DNA from: an uncultured bacterium
GTDB lineage: Bacteria > Desulfobacterota > JADFVX01
Reading direction: 5' to 3'
Length of the DNA: 64,000 nucleotides
Assembly: GCA_965372635.1 (NCBI GenBank)
Contig: CBDVDA010000001.1
Location: forward strand, 2,860-66,859
The notes beneath the pieces were generated by a model. It was not told the origin of the DNA. It ran no database searches and was given only the letters and a program-made list of their open reading frames with translations. Both the position numbers and the translations under genes were made by a program. Every line of letters begins with the position of its first letter. The first letter of the stretch is position 1. Shown here piece by piece: positions 26,961 to 37,430 of the stretch.

Positions 26961-29783
26961 TCACCCCTTCTCCAGCACCCCTCTTAGATACTCCCCCGTG
27001 TAAGAACGCTTGTTCTTCGCCACCTCTTCGGGTGTCCCCTCGGCGACTATCTCGCCTCCCCGGTCGCCCCCCTCGGGACCGAGATCGACGATATGGTCGG
27101 AGGTCTTGATTACGTCCAGGTTATGCTCGATGATGATGATGGTGTTGCCGCCGTCGGCGAGCCGGTTCAGTACGTCGAGGAGCTTTTGTATGTCGGCGAA
27201 GTGGAGGCCCGTCGTCGGTTCGTCGAGGATGTAGAGCGTCTTCCCCGTGCTCCGTTTGGAGAGTTCTTTAGAGAGCTTGATCCGCTGCGCCTCGCCGCCC
27301 GATAAGGTCGTCGCCGCCTGACCGAGCTGGATATAGCCGAGGCCCACCTCGTTCAGCGTTTCCAGCTTTTTAAAGACCACGGGGATGTTCCTGAAGAATT
27401 CGAGCGCCTCGCTCACGGTCATCTCCAAAACATCAGCGATGTTCTTTCCTTTGTAGCGGATTTCCAGCGTCTCCCGGTTGTAGCGGTGTCCCCTACAGAT
27501 TTCGCACTGTACGTAAATGTCGGGGAGGAAGTGCATCTCGATCTTGATGATGCCGTCGCCCGAGCAGGCCTCGCAGCGCCCTCCCTTTACGTTGAAGGAA
27601 AAACGGCCCGGCTTGTAGCCCCGCGCCTTCGCTTCGGGCACCTGTGCGTAGAGTTCGCGGATGGGGGTGAAGAGCCCCGTGTAGGTGGCCGGGTTGGAAC
27701 GGGGGGTCCGCCCGATGGGGGACTGGTCGATGTCGATCACCTTATCCACCTCTTCGAGACCTTTGATTTCCTTCACCGGCTCCGCCTTTTCCCGTGAGCG
27801 GTAGAGTTTTTGGGCCAACGCCTTGTAGAGGGTGTCGATGACGAGCGTCGATTTTCCCGACCCGGAAACGCCGGTGACGGAGGTGATTTTCCCGAGGGGA
27901 AAGGAGACGGTCACCTCTTTCAGATTGTGCCCCGTCGCCTTGCTGAGTGTGAGTACGCCGCCCGTTCCTGTCCGCCGCGTCTTCGGCACAGCGATCCTTT
28001 TTTTCCCCGTCATATACTGTCCCGTGAGTGACGCTTCAGAGGCCATGATCTCTTCCGGCGTCCCTTCGGCCACTATCTCGCCGCCGTGAACCCCTGCCCC
28101 CGGCCCCATGTCTATTACGTGGTCCGCTTCCAGGATCGTCTCCTCGTCGTGCTCCACGACGAGCACCGTGTTGCCGATATCCCGGAGCCGCTTCAGCGTC
28201 TCGATGAGGCGGGCGTTGTCCCGCTGGTGGAGGCCGATGGAGGGCTCGTCCAGGATGTAGAGGACGCCAACAAGCGACGAACCGATCTGCGTGGCGAGGC
28301 GTATCCGTTGCCCCTCGCCGCCGGAAAGCGTGGCCGAGGTTCGATCCATTGTCAAATAATCGAGCCCCACGTTGATGAGGAAGGCGAGCCGTTCGGCGAT
28401 CTCCTTGAGGATGCGCCGTGCAATCTCCCCCTCTTTTTCGGTGAGGTTCAGGTCATGGAAAAAATGGGACGCCTCGGTGATGGAAAAGCGGGTCACGTCG
28501 TAAATGGTGAGGCCGGAGATGGTAATGCTCAGGCTCTCCTTTTTGAGGCGTGCGCCATCACACTCGGGGCAGGGCTGGATGTTCATGAAGCGCTCCATCT
28601 CTTCCCGCGCCGCGTCGGACTCCGTTTCGAGATAGCGCCGGTTGAGGTTGGCGATCACCCCTTCGAAGGGGCGCTTGTAGAAATGACGCCGGTCATCCTT
28701 TTCGTAAAAGAAGTTGATATCCTCACCATCGGAGCCGTTCATGAGAATATCCTTGGTTTTGCCTGAGAGCTTTTTATAAGGGGTATAGATGTCGAAACCG
28801 TAGTGGTTCGAGAGCGCCTCCAGCATCTGGTGGTAGTATAGGGAACTCTTTCTTTCCCAAGGGGCGATGGCCCCTTCGCGGATGGAGAGGGTGTCGTTCG
28901 GTACGATGAGGGCAGGGTCTAAAAAGCGCTTCGTGCCGAGGCCGTCGCAGATGGGGCAGGCGCCGTAAGGGTTGTTGAAGGAAAACATGCGGGGCGTGAT
29001 CTCGGGGTAGCTGATGTTGCAATCAATGCAGGCGAAGCGCTCGGAGAATGTCTCACTTTTACCGTCTATCTCGTCTATCTGGATGAGGCCGTCGGCAAGT
29101 TTGAGCGCTGTCTCGATGGAGTCGGCGAGGCGCGTCTTTATATCTTTTTTAATTACCAGCCGGTCTACGACGATCTCTATGGTATGCTTCTTCTTCTTGT
29201 CGAGATTATGCTCGTCGGCCAGTTCCACCATTTCGCCGTCGATGCGGGCACGGACAAACCCCTCCTTCCGGAAGCGGTCCAGTTCCTTTTTATACTCTCC
29301 CTTCCTCCCCCTTACAACGGGGGCGAGCACCATGATCTTCGTTTTTTCCGGTCGTTCCATGATGTGGTCCACCATCTGCGAAATCGTCTGGGAGACGATC
29401 TCGTTGCCGCATTTGTAGCAGTGGGGGTGGCCCACGCGGGCGAAGAGGAGGCGGAGATAGTCGTATATCTCCGTAACGGTCCCCACTGTGGAGCGGGGGT
29501 TCCGCGAGGTCGTCTTCTGCTCGATGGAGATGGCGGGTGAGAGGCCGTCGATGGAATCGACATCGGGTTTCTCCATCTGCTCCAAAAACTGCCGCGCATA
29601 GGCGGAGAGGGACTCCACGTAGCGCCGCTGCCCCTCAGCGTAGATGGTGTCGAAGGCAAGAGACGATTTGCCCGATCCCGACAGGCCGGTGATGACCACC
29701 AGCTTGTCCCTCGGGATTTCGAGGGTGATCTCCTTCAGGTTGTGTTCCCGGGCGCCCCGGACGATGATGTTTTTTTCAGCCAA
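26961..29783 (-). CDS. uvrA: Excinuclease ABC subunit A
   Basis: Two ABC ATPase modules ([18 protein letters not shown]), zinc-finger cysteines and LSGGE signatures. Probable TTG start at 29783 ([17 protein letters not shown]) with an AGGGG RBS. The ORF-track ATG at 29960 would add an atypical 59-aa extension. Confidence 0.88.
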   Translation of the reverse strand: MAEKNIIVRGAREHNLKEITLEIPRDKLVVITGLSGSGKSSLAFDTIYAEGQRRYVESLSAYARQFLEQMEKPDVDSIDGLSPAISIEQKTTSRNPRSTVGTVTEIYDYLRLLFARVGHPHCYKCGNEIVSQTISQMVDHIMERPEKTKIMVLAPVVRGRKGEYKKELDRFRKEGFVRARIDGEMVELADEHNLDKKKKHTIEIVVDRLVIKKDIKTRLADSIETALKLADGLIQIDEIDGKSETFSERFACIDCNISYPEITPRMFSFNNPYGACPICDGLGTKRFLDPALIVPNDTLSIREGAIAPWERKSSLYYHQMLEALSNHYGFDIYTPYKKLSGKTKDILMNGSDGEDINFFYEKDDRRHFYKRPFEGVIANLNRRYLETESDAAREEMERFMNIQPCPECDGARLKKESLSITISGLTIYDVTRFSITEASHFFHDLNLTEKEGEIARRILKEIAERLAFLINVGLDYLTMDRTSATLSGGEGQRIRLATQIGSSLVGVLYILDEPSIGLHQRDNARLIETLKRLRDIGNTVLVVEHDEETILEADHVIDMGPGAGVHGGEIVAEGTPEEIMASEASLTGQYMTGKKRIAVPKTRRTGTGGVLTLSKATGHNLKEVTVSFPLGKITSVTGVSGSGKSTLVIDTLYKALAQKLYRSREKAEPVKEIKGLEEVDKVIDIDQSPIGRTPRSNPATYTGLFTPIRELYAQVPEAKARGYKPGRFSFNVKGGRCEACSGDGIIKIEMHFLPDIYVQCEICRGHRYNRETLEIRYKGKNIADVLEMTVSEALEFFRNIPVVFKKLETLNEVGLGYIQLGQAATTLSGGEAQRIKLSKELSKRSTGKTLYILDEPTTGLHFADIQKLLDVLNRLADGGNTIIIIEHNLDVIKTSDHIVDLGPEGGDRGGEIVAEGTPEEVAKNKRSYTGEYLRGVLEKG

Positions 29784-30060
29784 TTTAAAACCCCTTTTTT
29801 GGAGCGGAAAATAGAGTAGAATAGCAGTTTTTTGCCCAAAAAGTAAAGCGGGATGGAGAAACCGGACAGGCTTTTTTGTCAAACCTCGCCGCGCGTAAAG
29901 ACGGAAAATGCCGCCAAAAGGCCGGGAAATTGAAAAGAGTGCGCTTTGCCGATTGTTCATGCCTAAATCCCGATAAAGCTCTGATATGATTTGGATTTCC
30001 TTCGGCAGGGTGGTATGTTATGATGAAATGCATGAAATTGGGACCAGTGGGAAAATCAGA

Positions 30061-31143
30061 ATGATAGGCCGGAAAAAAACGAGACAGATAAAGGTGGGAA
30101 AAGTGCCCGTCGGGGGCGGTGCATCCATATCCGTCCAGTCGATGACAAACACCAAAACGGTGGATACGGTCGGGACCCTGGCCCAGATCAAGGCGCTGGA
30201 GGAAGCGGGCTGCGAGATCGTCCGGCTTGCCGTGCTCGACATGGAGGACGCCCGTGCAATCGGCGAAGTGATGGAAGGGGTGAAAATCCCGGTAATCGCC
30301 GACATCCATTTTAACCACGTTTTTGCCCTGGAAGCGGTAAAGCAGGGAATTAGCGGACTCCGGTTGAACCCCGGCAACATCGGCGACAGGAAAAAGGTGG
30401 CCAAGGTGGTGGAAGCGGCCGGGGCGGCAAATGTCCCGATCCGGATCGGCGTCAACGCCGGGTCGCTCGAAAAAAAGATCCTCGAAAAGTACGGCTACCC
30501 TACGGCGGAGGGTATGGTGGAGAGCGCCCTGAACCATGTGGCGATTCTCGAAGAATTCGGTTTTCATAATATCAAGATATCGCTCAAGGCCTCCGATGTA
30601 CCGCGAACGGTGGCAGCTTACAGGCTGCTGTCGGAGAGGGTCGATTATCCCCTTCACGTAGGGGTTACCGAGGCGGGAACCCTCTTTGCCGGGACGATCA
30701 AGTCGGCCGTGGGGATCGGGACGCTGCTTGCCGGCGGCATCGGCGATACGATCCGCGTTTCCCTCTCTGCCGACCCCGTGGAAGAGGTGAAAGTGGGCTA
30801 TGAAATCCTGAAATCGCTCCAGATCCGCTCGAAGGGGGTCAACATCATCTCCTGCCCTACCTGCGGGCGGATGCAGGTCGACCTGATTCGCCTCGCCGAA
30901 GAGGTTGAGCAGCGCCTGGCGCATATCAAGCAGGGGCTGAATGTTTCCGTTCTTGGCTGCGTGGTCAACGGCATCGGCGAGGCGTTGGAGGCCGATGCGG
31001 GTATTGCGGGAGGAAAGGGAGAGGGCCTTCTCTTTGTAAAGGGGGCGGTGGTGGGCAAGGTGCAGGAAGAGAAGCTGGTCGATGCCCTGGTAACGGAAGT
31101 GGAAAAGATAGCCGGAGAAGCTTCCTCCGGAGAAGCGAAATGA
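30061..31143 (+). CDS. ispG: 4-hydroxy-3-methylbut-2-en-1-yl diphosphate synthase (IspG/GcpE)
   Basis: KTRQIKVGKVPVGGGASISVQSMTNTKT matches the IspG N-terminus. C-terminal CPTCGR 4Fe-4S motif. Confidence 0.88.
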   Translation: MIGRKKTRQIKVGKVPVGGGASISVQSMTNTKTVDTVGTLAQIKALEEAGCEIVRLAVLDMEDARAIGEVMEGVKIPVIADIHFNHVFALEAVKQGISGLRLNPGNIGDRKKVAKVVEAAGAANVPIRIGVNAGSLEKKILEKYGYPTAEGMVESALNHVAILEEFGFHNIKISLKASDVPRTVAAYRLLSERVDYPLHVGVTEAGTLFAGTIKSAVGIGTLLAGGIGDTIRVSLSADPVEEVKVGYEILKSLQIRSKGVNIISCPTCGRMQVDLIRLAEEVEQRLAHIKQGLNVSVLGCVVNGIGEALEADAGIAGGKGEGLLFVKGAVVGKVQEEKLVDALVTEVEKIAGEASSGEAK

Positions 31144-32768
31144 ACAATTACAACCTTCTTTCCCTCATAAGCGCACTTTTTCTCCTCCTTTACGGAGTGA
31201 AGATAGCGGGTGAGGGATTTCAGCGCGCAGCAGGCGGACGGCTTCGAAACATTCTCTATTCTGTGACGAGCAACCGTATCCTCGGCCTCGGCATCGGCGC
31301 GCTGGTAACGGCCATTGTCCAGAGCAGCAGCGCCACGACGGTGATGCTCGTCGGCTTCGTCAGTTCCGGTCTTATCACCCTCGGCCAAGCGGTGGGGGTT
31401 ATCCTCGGCGCTAATATCGGCACCACCGTAACGGTCCAGCTCATCGCCTTCAAGGTCTACGACTACGCCATACTCATGATCGGGGTCGGTACGGCACTCA
31501 TCCTTCTCGGCAAGAAAAGGAACGTTGTTTTTGCCGGCCAGGGAATCCTCGGCTTCGCCCTCATCTTCCTCGCCATGAAGATCATGTCCGATACGATGGC
31601 CCCTCTCAAGGAGAGTCCGCTCTTCAGAGAAATCCTCCTCGCATCGGAAGGTAATACGCTGGGACTTTTTTTAGCGGCTGCCCTTTTTACAGGTTTAATA
31701 CAGAGCAGTGCTGCAACGATCGGGATCGCCCTGGCATTGTCGCTCCAGGGGCTGATCAGTCTCGAAGGCGCTATTCCCGTTATTCTCGGAGCGAACGTGG
31801 GTACCTGCATTACCGCTTTTCTCGCCAGCCTGAATGCAACGGGTGAGGCGAAAAGGGTTGCCGTCGTTCATATCCTCGTAAAAATCATAGGCGCTCTGGT
31901 CGTTTTGCCTCTTGTTACACCCTTCAGGGATTTGATGCTCATGACCGCCGGCGATCTGCCGAGGCAGATCGCCAATGCACATTCTGTTTTCAACATTGCA
32001 ACGAGCCTGCTTTTTCTTCCTTTAACCACCTCCCTTGCACGCATGGCTGAAAAGATTATCCCCGAGAGGGAAGAAGAGACAACCCGTTTTGGCCCCAAAT
32101 ACCTCAATCCCCAGGTTCTGGACAGCCCCGACGTTGCCTTCGGGCTCGCCACGCGGGAGGCGCTCAGGATGGCCGACATTGCGCAGGATATGTATGGCAA
32201 GTGCATCAAGGTGATTATCAACAACGACCCGGACCTGCTCGAAATGGTGGAGGATATGGACGACCAACTCGATATCCTGGACCGGGAGATCAAACTCTAC
32301 ATTACGAAATTGTCGCAAAAGATACTGACGGAGAATGAATCTAAACGGGAGGTGGCTATCCTTACTCTCGTGAACGACCTGGAGAATATCGGCGACATTA
32401 TCGATAAAAACATCATGGAACTCGGGAAAAAAAAGATATCCAATGGGCTTCATTTCTCCGATGAAGGACAAAAAGAGATTACCGATTTTTATTCGAAGGT
32501 GGGCGATAATTTCGAGATGGCCATCTCGGCTTTTGCCACCGGCGATTCCGATCTCGCCTGGAAAGTGTTGAAAAACAAGGAGAAGCTGGGCACCATGGAG
32601 CGGGAGCTTAAATCGGAGCATATCAAGCGGCTTCAAAAAGGATTGAAGGAGTCTATCGACACCAGTTCCATCCATCTCGACCTCTTGTCCAACCTGAAAC
32701 GGATCAATCATCACATCACGAATATTTCCTATCCCATCATCGGCAGGCAGGAGGATGGGAATGAATAG
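31140..32768 (+). CDS. Na+/phosphate cotransporter family protein (NptA-like) with C-terminal PhoU-like domains
   Basis: Duplicated membrane motif QSSSATTV.../QSSAATIGIAL and a helical PhoU-like C-terminal half. 542 aa. Confidence 0.8.
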   Translation: MNNYNLLSLISALFLLLYGVKIAGEGFQRAAGGRLRNILYSVTSNRILGLGIGALVTAIVQSSSATTVMLVGFVSSGLITLGQAVGVILGANIGTTVTVQLIAFKVYDYAILMIGVGTALILLGKKRNVVFAGQGILGFALIFLAMKIMSDTMAPLKESPLFREILLASEGNTLGLFLAAALFTGLIQSSAATIGIALALSLQGLISLEGAIPVILGANVGTCITAFLASLNATGEAKRVAVVHILVKIIGALVVLPLVTPFRDLMLMTAGDLPRQIANAHSVFNIATSLLFLPLTTSLARMAEKIIPEREEETTRFGPKYLNPQVLDSPDVAFGLATREALRMADIAQDMYGKCIKVIINNDPDLLEMVEDMDDQLDILDREIKLYITKLSQKILTENESKREVAILTLVNDLENIGDIIDKNIMELGKKKISNGLHFSDEGQKEITDFYSKVGDNFEMAISAFATGDSDLAWKVLKNKEKLGTMERELKSEHIKRLQKGLKESIDTSSIHLDLLSNLKRINHHITNISYPIIGRQEDGNE

Positions 32769-32926
32769 GTATATATTTTGCATAAATATAGGGATAAATA
32801 AGCATTTTTCAAGGTAATATGCTTGACACAATTTGTCCGGAGCAATAAAATAACTCTTTTGGTGAAAAGGCGACTTCCATCCGGAGGGAGTCTTTTATTA
32901 CTTAAGCCTGACGGGGAAATTCAGAT

Positions 32927-33676
32927 TTGAAAGCAATGGTCGTTATCCCGACCTATAACGAGCGGGAAAACATAGAAAAATTGGTAAATGAAATCCTGGC
33001 TCTCGGGCAGGACATACATATCCTTATTGTGGATGACAATTCTCCTGATGGTACGGGAAGTATTATCGATGAACTGGTTGAAAAGCACGAAGAGGTTCAT
33101 GTTAAGCACCGGCAGGGGAAGCTCGGGCTCGGAACCGCCTACAGGGAAGGCTTCAGGTATGCCCTCGATGCGGGGGCGGAATTCATCGTCCAGATGGATG
33201 CCGATTTTTCACATAACCCCGCACGGATACCGGAATTTCTTGAAAAGGCGAAGAAGGCGGACGTTGTTGTTGGCTCACGCTACCTGAACGGCGTGAGCGT
33301 TGTGAACTGGCCCATCAGGCGGCTCATGCTGAGTTATGGCGCAAATGTCTACACCCGGCTCATAACGGGCCTTAAAATTACCGATTGTACGGGTGGTTTT
33401 AAATGTTTTAAAAGAGAGGTACTGGAGGCTATCGATCTCGACAGCATAAAATCAGACGGCTATTCTTTCCAGATAGAAATGAACTATCGTAGCGTGGAGA
33501 GAGGCTTTCGCCTTGAGGAAATACCCATCATTTTTATCGACAGGCATGCGGGCTCGTCCAAGATGTCGAAGAAAATTGTCCGCGAGGCGGTAATTATGGT
33601 CTGGCGGCTGAGGCTCGGGGCCGTTTGCAGGAAGTTTTTCCGCCGAAAAAAGTTGAAAGAAGGGATGATAACATGA
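32927..33676 (+). CDS. GT2-family polyprenyl-phosphate glycosyltransferase (dolichol-phosphate mannosyltransferase-like)
   Basis: VVIPTYNEREN...LIVDDNSPDGTG...DAD motifs. Confidence 0.8.
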   Translation: MKAMVVIPTYNERENIEKLVNEILALGQDIHILIVDDNSPDGTGSIIDELVEKHEEVHVKHRQGKLGLGTAYREGFRYALDAGAEFIVQMDADFSHNPARIPEFLEKAKKADVVVGSRYLNGVSVVNWPIRRLMLSYGANVYTRLITGLKITDCTGGFKCFKREVLEAIDLDSIKSDGYSFQIEMNYRSVERGFRLEEIPIIFIDRHAGSSKMSKKIVREAVIMVWRLRLGAVCRKFFRRKKLKEGMIT

Positions 33677-33858
33677 TCAATCAAGGCTGGGCCGTTGTCT
33701 GCGAGATCGGATTTATCGGCTGGGTGGGGTGCGCCATCGGGTTTATTTTCAGAGCCTTCGGTGAAGATGATACCTTTTACGGCTCACGGGCGCTCTTTTG
33801 GGGAGGGCTTGTCGTTCTCTTTTATGGGCTCTGGGTAGCAGGTCTGGTCAGCGCCTAG
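33673..33858 (+). CDS. Small 2-TM membrane protein, of the kind commonly coupled to GT2 polyprenyl-phosphate glycosyltransferases
   Basis: MINQGWAVVCEIGFIGWVGCAIGFIF...LVVLFYGLWVAGLVSA. Its start overlaps the glycosyltransferase stop (ATGA). Confidence 0.45.
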   Translation: MINQGWAVVCEIGFIGWVGCAIGFIFRAFGEDDTFYGSRALFWGGLVVLFYGLWVAGLVSA

Positions 33859-34934
33859 TTTCTTTGCTGAACTTTTGGGAAATAAAGGGTTCTAAGTTTG
33901 GAATCCGCTTTTTTCTGTTCTTTTTCATGGCCTGTTTTTTACCGGGGGGTTGCGCGGGAACGGTAGAGCAAGAGAGCTCTGTTCTACCGGGAAAAACGAT
34001 TTCCTGGCCACCATCGCCGCTTAGGGCGCGGATCAAATATATCCGAAGCATAGGAGCGCCCTCATCGATTGCACTCAAAAAGGAAAAGGGGTGGCTGGGA
34101 AAGCTTTTTGATTTCATTACCGGTGGCGAGGGCGTGGGGGGAAAGGCTATCGATACCCCCTATGGTCTTTTTTACGACAGCGATGCCGATTTGCTCTTTG
34201 TTGCCGACAGGGCTCTACAGGGGGTGCATCGATACGACCTGAAGGCGGGGGAGGCCTCCTTTATGACAGAAGCGGGAGAAACCCGCCTGGAAATGCCGGT
34301 CATGGTGGTTGGCGGGGGAGGCAGGTATTACGTTTCAGATACGGTCCTCAATAAGGTTTTTGTATTTGACTCGAAGGGCCGGGTGACCAGGGAAATCGAA
34401 GAGTGGGGGCGTCCGGGAGGGATGGCCTATAGCGCCGCACAGGAAAGGCTTTATGTCGTCGATGTTACAGAGGGTCGTATTAAGGCCTTCGATGCCGAGG
34501 GAAACTTTCAGTTTTTCTTTGGAAACATCGGCGTCGGCAAGGGAGAATTTAACCTCCCTTCCAATATCTGGGTTGATAGGGCCGGTAAGGTTTATGTTAC
34601 CGATTCGATGAATTTCAGGATCCAGATTTTCGATGAATTTGGAAACCATGTGGGAAATATCGGAAAACTGGGGGATTCTCCTGGCGCCTTTGCCCGGCCG
34701 AGAGGCGTTGCCGTCGATAGCGATGGAAACGTCTATGTTGTGGACGCGAATTTCGATAATATCCAGATATTTAACCAGGAGGGAGAATTGCTTCTCGTCT
34801 TTGGCACGCCGGGAACGAAGGCCGGTGAGTTTACATTGCCGAGCGGTATCTTTATAGACCGGAATGACAGGATATATATCTCCGATTCGTACAACAAAAG
34901 AATTCAGGTATTTCAGTATTTTAAAGAGCAATAA
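33798..34934 (+). CDS. NHL-repeat (six-bladed beta-propeller) protein, probably a lipoprotein
   Basis: Repeated GxFxxPxGIAVDxxGNIYVxDxxNxRIQxF modules. Possible lipobox LPGGC after a hydrophobic stretch. The 5' end overlaps the previous small gene, so the start is uncertain. Confidence 0.7.
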   Translation: MGRACRSLLWALGSRSGQRLVSLLNFWEIKGSKFGIRFFLFFFMACFLPGGCAGTVEQESSVLPGKTISWPPSPLRARIKYIRSIGAPSSIALKKEKGWLGKLFDFITGGEGVGGKAIDTPYGLFYDSDADLLFVADRALQGVHRYDLKAGEASFMTEAGETRLEMPVMVVGGGGRYYVSDTVLNKVFVFDSKGRVTREIEEWGRPGGMAYSAAQERLYVVDVTEGRIKAFDAEGNFQFFFGNIGVGKGEFNLPSNIWVDRAGKVYVTDSMNFRIQIFDEFGNHVGNIGKLGDSPGAFARPRGVAVDSDGNVYVVDANFDNIQIFNQEGELLLVFGTPGTKAGEFTLPSGIFIDRNDRIYISDSYNKRIQVFQYFKEQ

Positions 34935-34937
34935 GCG

Positions 34938-35732
34938 ATGTTTTTTTATAACAAAAGAGTAGTTCCGGCTTTATTGGCGGCCCTGGTTTTAACCGGGCTC
35001 ACCCCATCCCTTTTTGCCGGTGTTGCGGACACGAAGCACAACCTTGCCTACTGGAGCGGCAATACGGTCCGCTCGGAAGAAGAGACGCAGATCTGCAAGT
35101 TCTGCCATACGCCGCACAATGCAAACCCGGCCGTCCCCCTCTGGGGGCATGATCTATCGTCGGAAGGGCCTTTCCAGATGTATTCCTCGGCCACGCTGGT
35201 TATCGACAATTCCACTGTCCTTGCCGACAGTAAATATAAAACCGGTTTGACTGGGGCATCCAAACTCTGCATGGGCTGCCACGACGGGGTGACGAGCCTC
35301 GGTGCGCTGGTAAACGCCAACATTACCATGAATACCTATGATACCTTGGCGGGAAGGCCGTCGGCCTATTCGGACCTCCGGAACAAGCACCCCGTTTCTT
35401 TTGTGTATAATGATGCTGTCAGGACGGCGATCAATAGTGTGAAGACTGGTTTTTACGACCTGCCGGATGAAACAACAAATGGGTCCATCATTAATCCACA
35501 AGTAGAAAAAAAGTGGCTTCAGGAAGGAAAGCGGGTGGAGTGCAATATCTGCCATGATCCCCATGACGATAAGGATGGGGACGCGTCGAAAAATCCCTTC
35601 TGGATAAGCACGAGTGTCGGTTCATTTTCTGCTCACGATTCAGTTTGTGTTACCTGTCACAGCCCTACGGCCGCTTTTGTAGAATATACGGGTTTTGGCG
35701 AATATACTAGCTTTAGCAAGGTGTACCCATAA
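34938..35732 (+). CDS. Periplasmic tetraheme c-type cytochrome
   Basis: Signal peptide and four CXXCH motifs (CKFCH, CMGCH, CNICH, CVTCH). Confidence 0.8.
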   Translation: MFFYNKRVVPALLAALVLTGLTPSLFAGVADTKHNLAYWSGNTVRSEEETQICKFCHTPHNANPAVPLWGHDLSSEGPFQMYSSATLVIDNSTVLADSKYKTGLTGASKLCMGCHDGVTSLGALVNANITMNTYDTLAGRPSAYSDLRNKHPVSFVYNDAVRTAINSVKTGFYDLPDETTNGSIINPQVEKKWLQEGKRVECNICHDPHDDKDGDASKNPFWISTSVGSFSAHDSVCVTCHSPTAAFVEYTGFGEYTSFSKVYP

Positions 35733-35769
35733 GAAAAATGAAGTGTAGTGTTATGGCAGAGCCTGGCCA

Positions 35770-36891
35770 ATGATGAAACTTTTGATTTCGAAAGCGCAAA
35801 TATTGCTTCTTGTTTTGGTGTGCTTTGCTTGCAACGCCGAGGCCGCACCCAAAGAAAAGCTTCGTTTTCCCGACCTTCACCGGGCATCGAATATGGTTAC
35901 GGGCGGGTGCGAATCATGCCACGCGGGGAGCAAGATGAACCGTGCCGTTAAGGAGACCTGCCTCCAGTGTCACGGGTCCATCGGCGACCTTAAGGGCGCC
36001 GAAAAGAAAAAACTGCTCAACCCTTTCTACCGGGGAGGACGGCAAATCAGGAAGATTGACATGAGAAGCCTGCTTGAAAAAGAATACAGGCATCCTCTCG
36101 GCGAGGAAGGAAACTGGCACAGTGCTCACGAGGAACTTCCGGAACGTGTGATGGATGCGCCCCGGCATGTGGAGTGCGTCGATTGTCACAATGCGCATTA
36201 TCTGAAAACTGCCAACAAACTGGCCGGTTTAAGAGGCGTCAGCAAGACGGGCATCTATGGCGTTCGGGCACGTTATGAGTATGAAATCTGTTTCAATTGT
36301 CATTCCGACAGCTTTAATCTTCCCGTCTGGCAAACAAACAAAAGATTGGAATTCGATGAAAACAACCCTTCCTACCATCCTGTCGTAGCGGAAGGGCAAA
36401 GCGGGATTGTTCCAAGCCTGAAAACCCCCTATAAGGAGACCTACGAGGAACCGGGCGATATTTCAATAATCAAATGCACCGATTGTCACGGAAACGATGA
36501 TGACCGGGGACCACAGGGGCCCCATGCTTCGATTTATCCTTTTATTTTGAAAAAGAAATATTCCATGCAGGATGGCCTCGATGAACGACCGAAAGAGTAC
36601 GATCTTTGCTATAGCTGCCACAAGAGAAGCAGTATCCTCGGCAACATTTCTTTTCGTTGGCATTCTTTACATATTCAGGGTGATATTATCAAGGGGGTAA
36701 AGGGAACGAGCTGCTTTACCTGCCATGACGCACATGGCAGCAGGGAGTATACCCACCTCATAAAATTTAATGAAGAAGTTGTGTTTATAAATACTTCTTC
36801 ATTGGAACTGAAATTTGTGGATAAAGGAGAATTTACCGGAGAATGTTATTTGAATTGCCATGGCGTTAACCATAGTCCGAAGGGTTACTAA
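35770..36891 (+). CDS. Multiheme c-type cytochrome (7 canonical CXXCH plus one CX3CH)
   Basis: Signal peptide. CESCH, CLQCH, CVDCH, CFNCH, CTDCH, CYSCH, CFTCH, CYLNCH. Confidence 0.8.
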   Translation: MMKLLISKAQILLLVLVCFACNAEAAPKEKLRFPDLHRASNMVTGGCESCHAGSKMNRAVKETCLQCHGSIGDLKGAEKKKLLNPFYRGGRQIRKIDMRSLLEKEYRHPLGEEGNWHSAHEELPERVMDAPRHVECVDCHNAHYLKTANKLAGLRGVSKTGIYGVRARYEYEICFNCHSDSFNLPVWQTNKRLEFDENNPSYHPVVAEGQSGIVPSLKTPYKETYEEPGDISIIKCTDCHGNDDDRGPQGPHASIYPFILKKKYSMQDGLDERPKEYDLCYSCHKRSSILGNISFRWHSLHIQGDIIKGVKGTSCFTCHDAHGSREYTHLIKFNEEVVFINTSSLELKFVDKGEFTGECYLNCHGVNHSPKGY

Positions 36892-37388
36892 TGCAGCCTA
36901 TAACAAGGCAGGGTATTTTGACTTTGATGGTATGTTCAGTTATTTTTTTTGGTTGCTCCGGAGGAGACCATAAATTCGGAAATGTTCATCGAGAGAGCAG
37001 TCTCTCTCCCGGAACGGATGGACTAAGAGAAAAGATAAATCCGCATCGTGGAAAACATTGCCTGAAATGTCATGTCACAGATGGAAATGAATTGTTTGAC
37101 CTGAGAAAAAAGAAAGGGCGTCAGGATTTTTCACCAGAAACTAACTTTCTCAAGGCAAACTTAAATAAATTATGCGCTTCCTGTCATGATAAGAAAAAAG
37201 GCGACCACCCGGTGGGTGCCGCTCCGGGAATAAACAGGCTCGATCTTCCACTGGATGAAAAAGGTAAAATAAACTGCGCTGCAACCTGTCACGATGTACA
37301 TATAAGCAATGAAAATATTTCAGGGGTAAAGAAAGGCTTGCTCCGGGCGCCCGCAGAAAAGTTATGTTTATCATGTCATGATGTTTGA
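36891..37388 (+). CDS. Small multiheme c-type cytochrome (3 CXXCH plus one CX3CH)
   Basis: CLKCH, CASCH, CAATCH, CLSCH. Signal peptide with a possible lipobox (FFGCS). Confidence 0.75.
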   Translation: MQPITRQGILTLMVCSVIFFGCSGGDHKFGNVHRESSLSPGTDGLREKINPHRGKHCLKCHVTDGNELFDLRKKKGRQDFSPETNFLKANLNKLCASCHDKKKGDHPVGAAPGINRLDLPLDEKGKINCAATCHDVHISNENISGVKKGLLRAPAEKLCLSCHDV

Positions 37389-37430
37389 TGTTTTATATTT
37401 ATTATGTTGGAACTATAAGGATGGTGTTTT

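Noticed and set aside
29785-30924. 379-aa minus-strand ORF
   Set aside because: It lies entirely antisense to ispG and overlaps the uvrA start. It has an Arg/His/Pro-rich low-complexity composition typical of antisense frames in high-GC genes.
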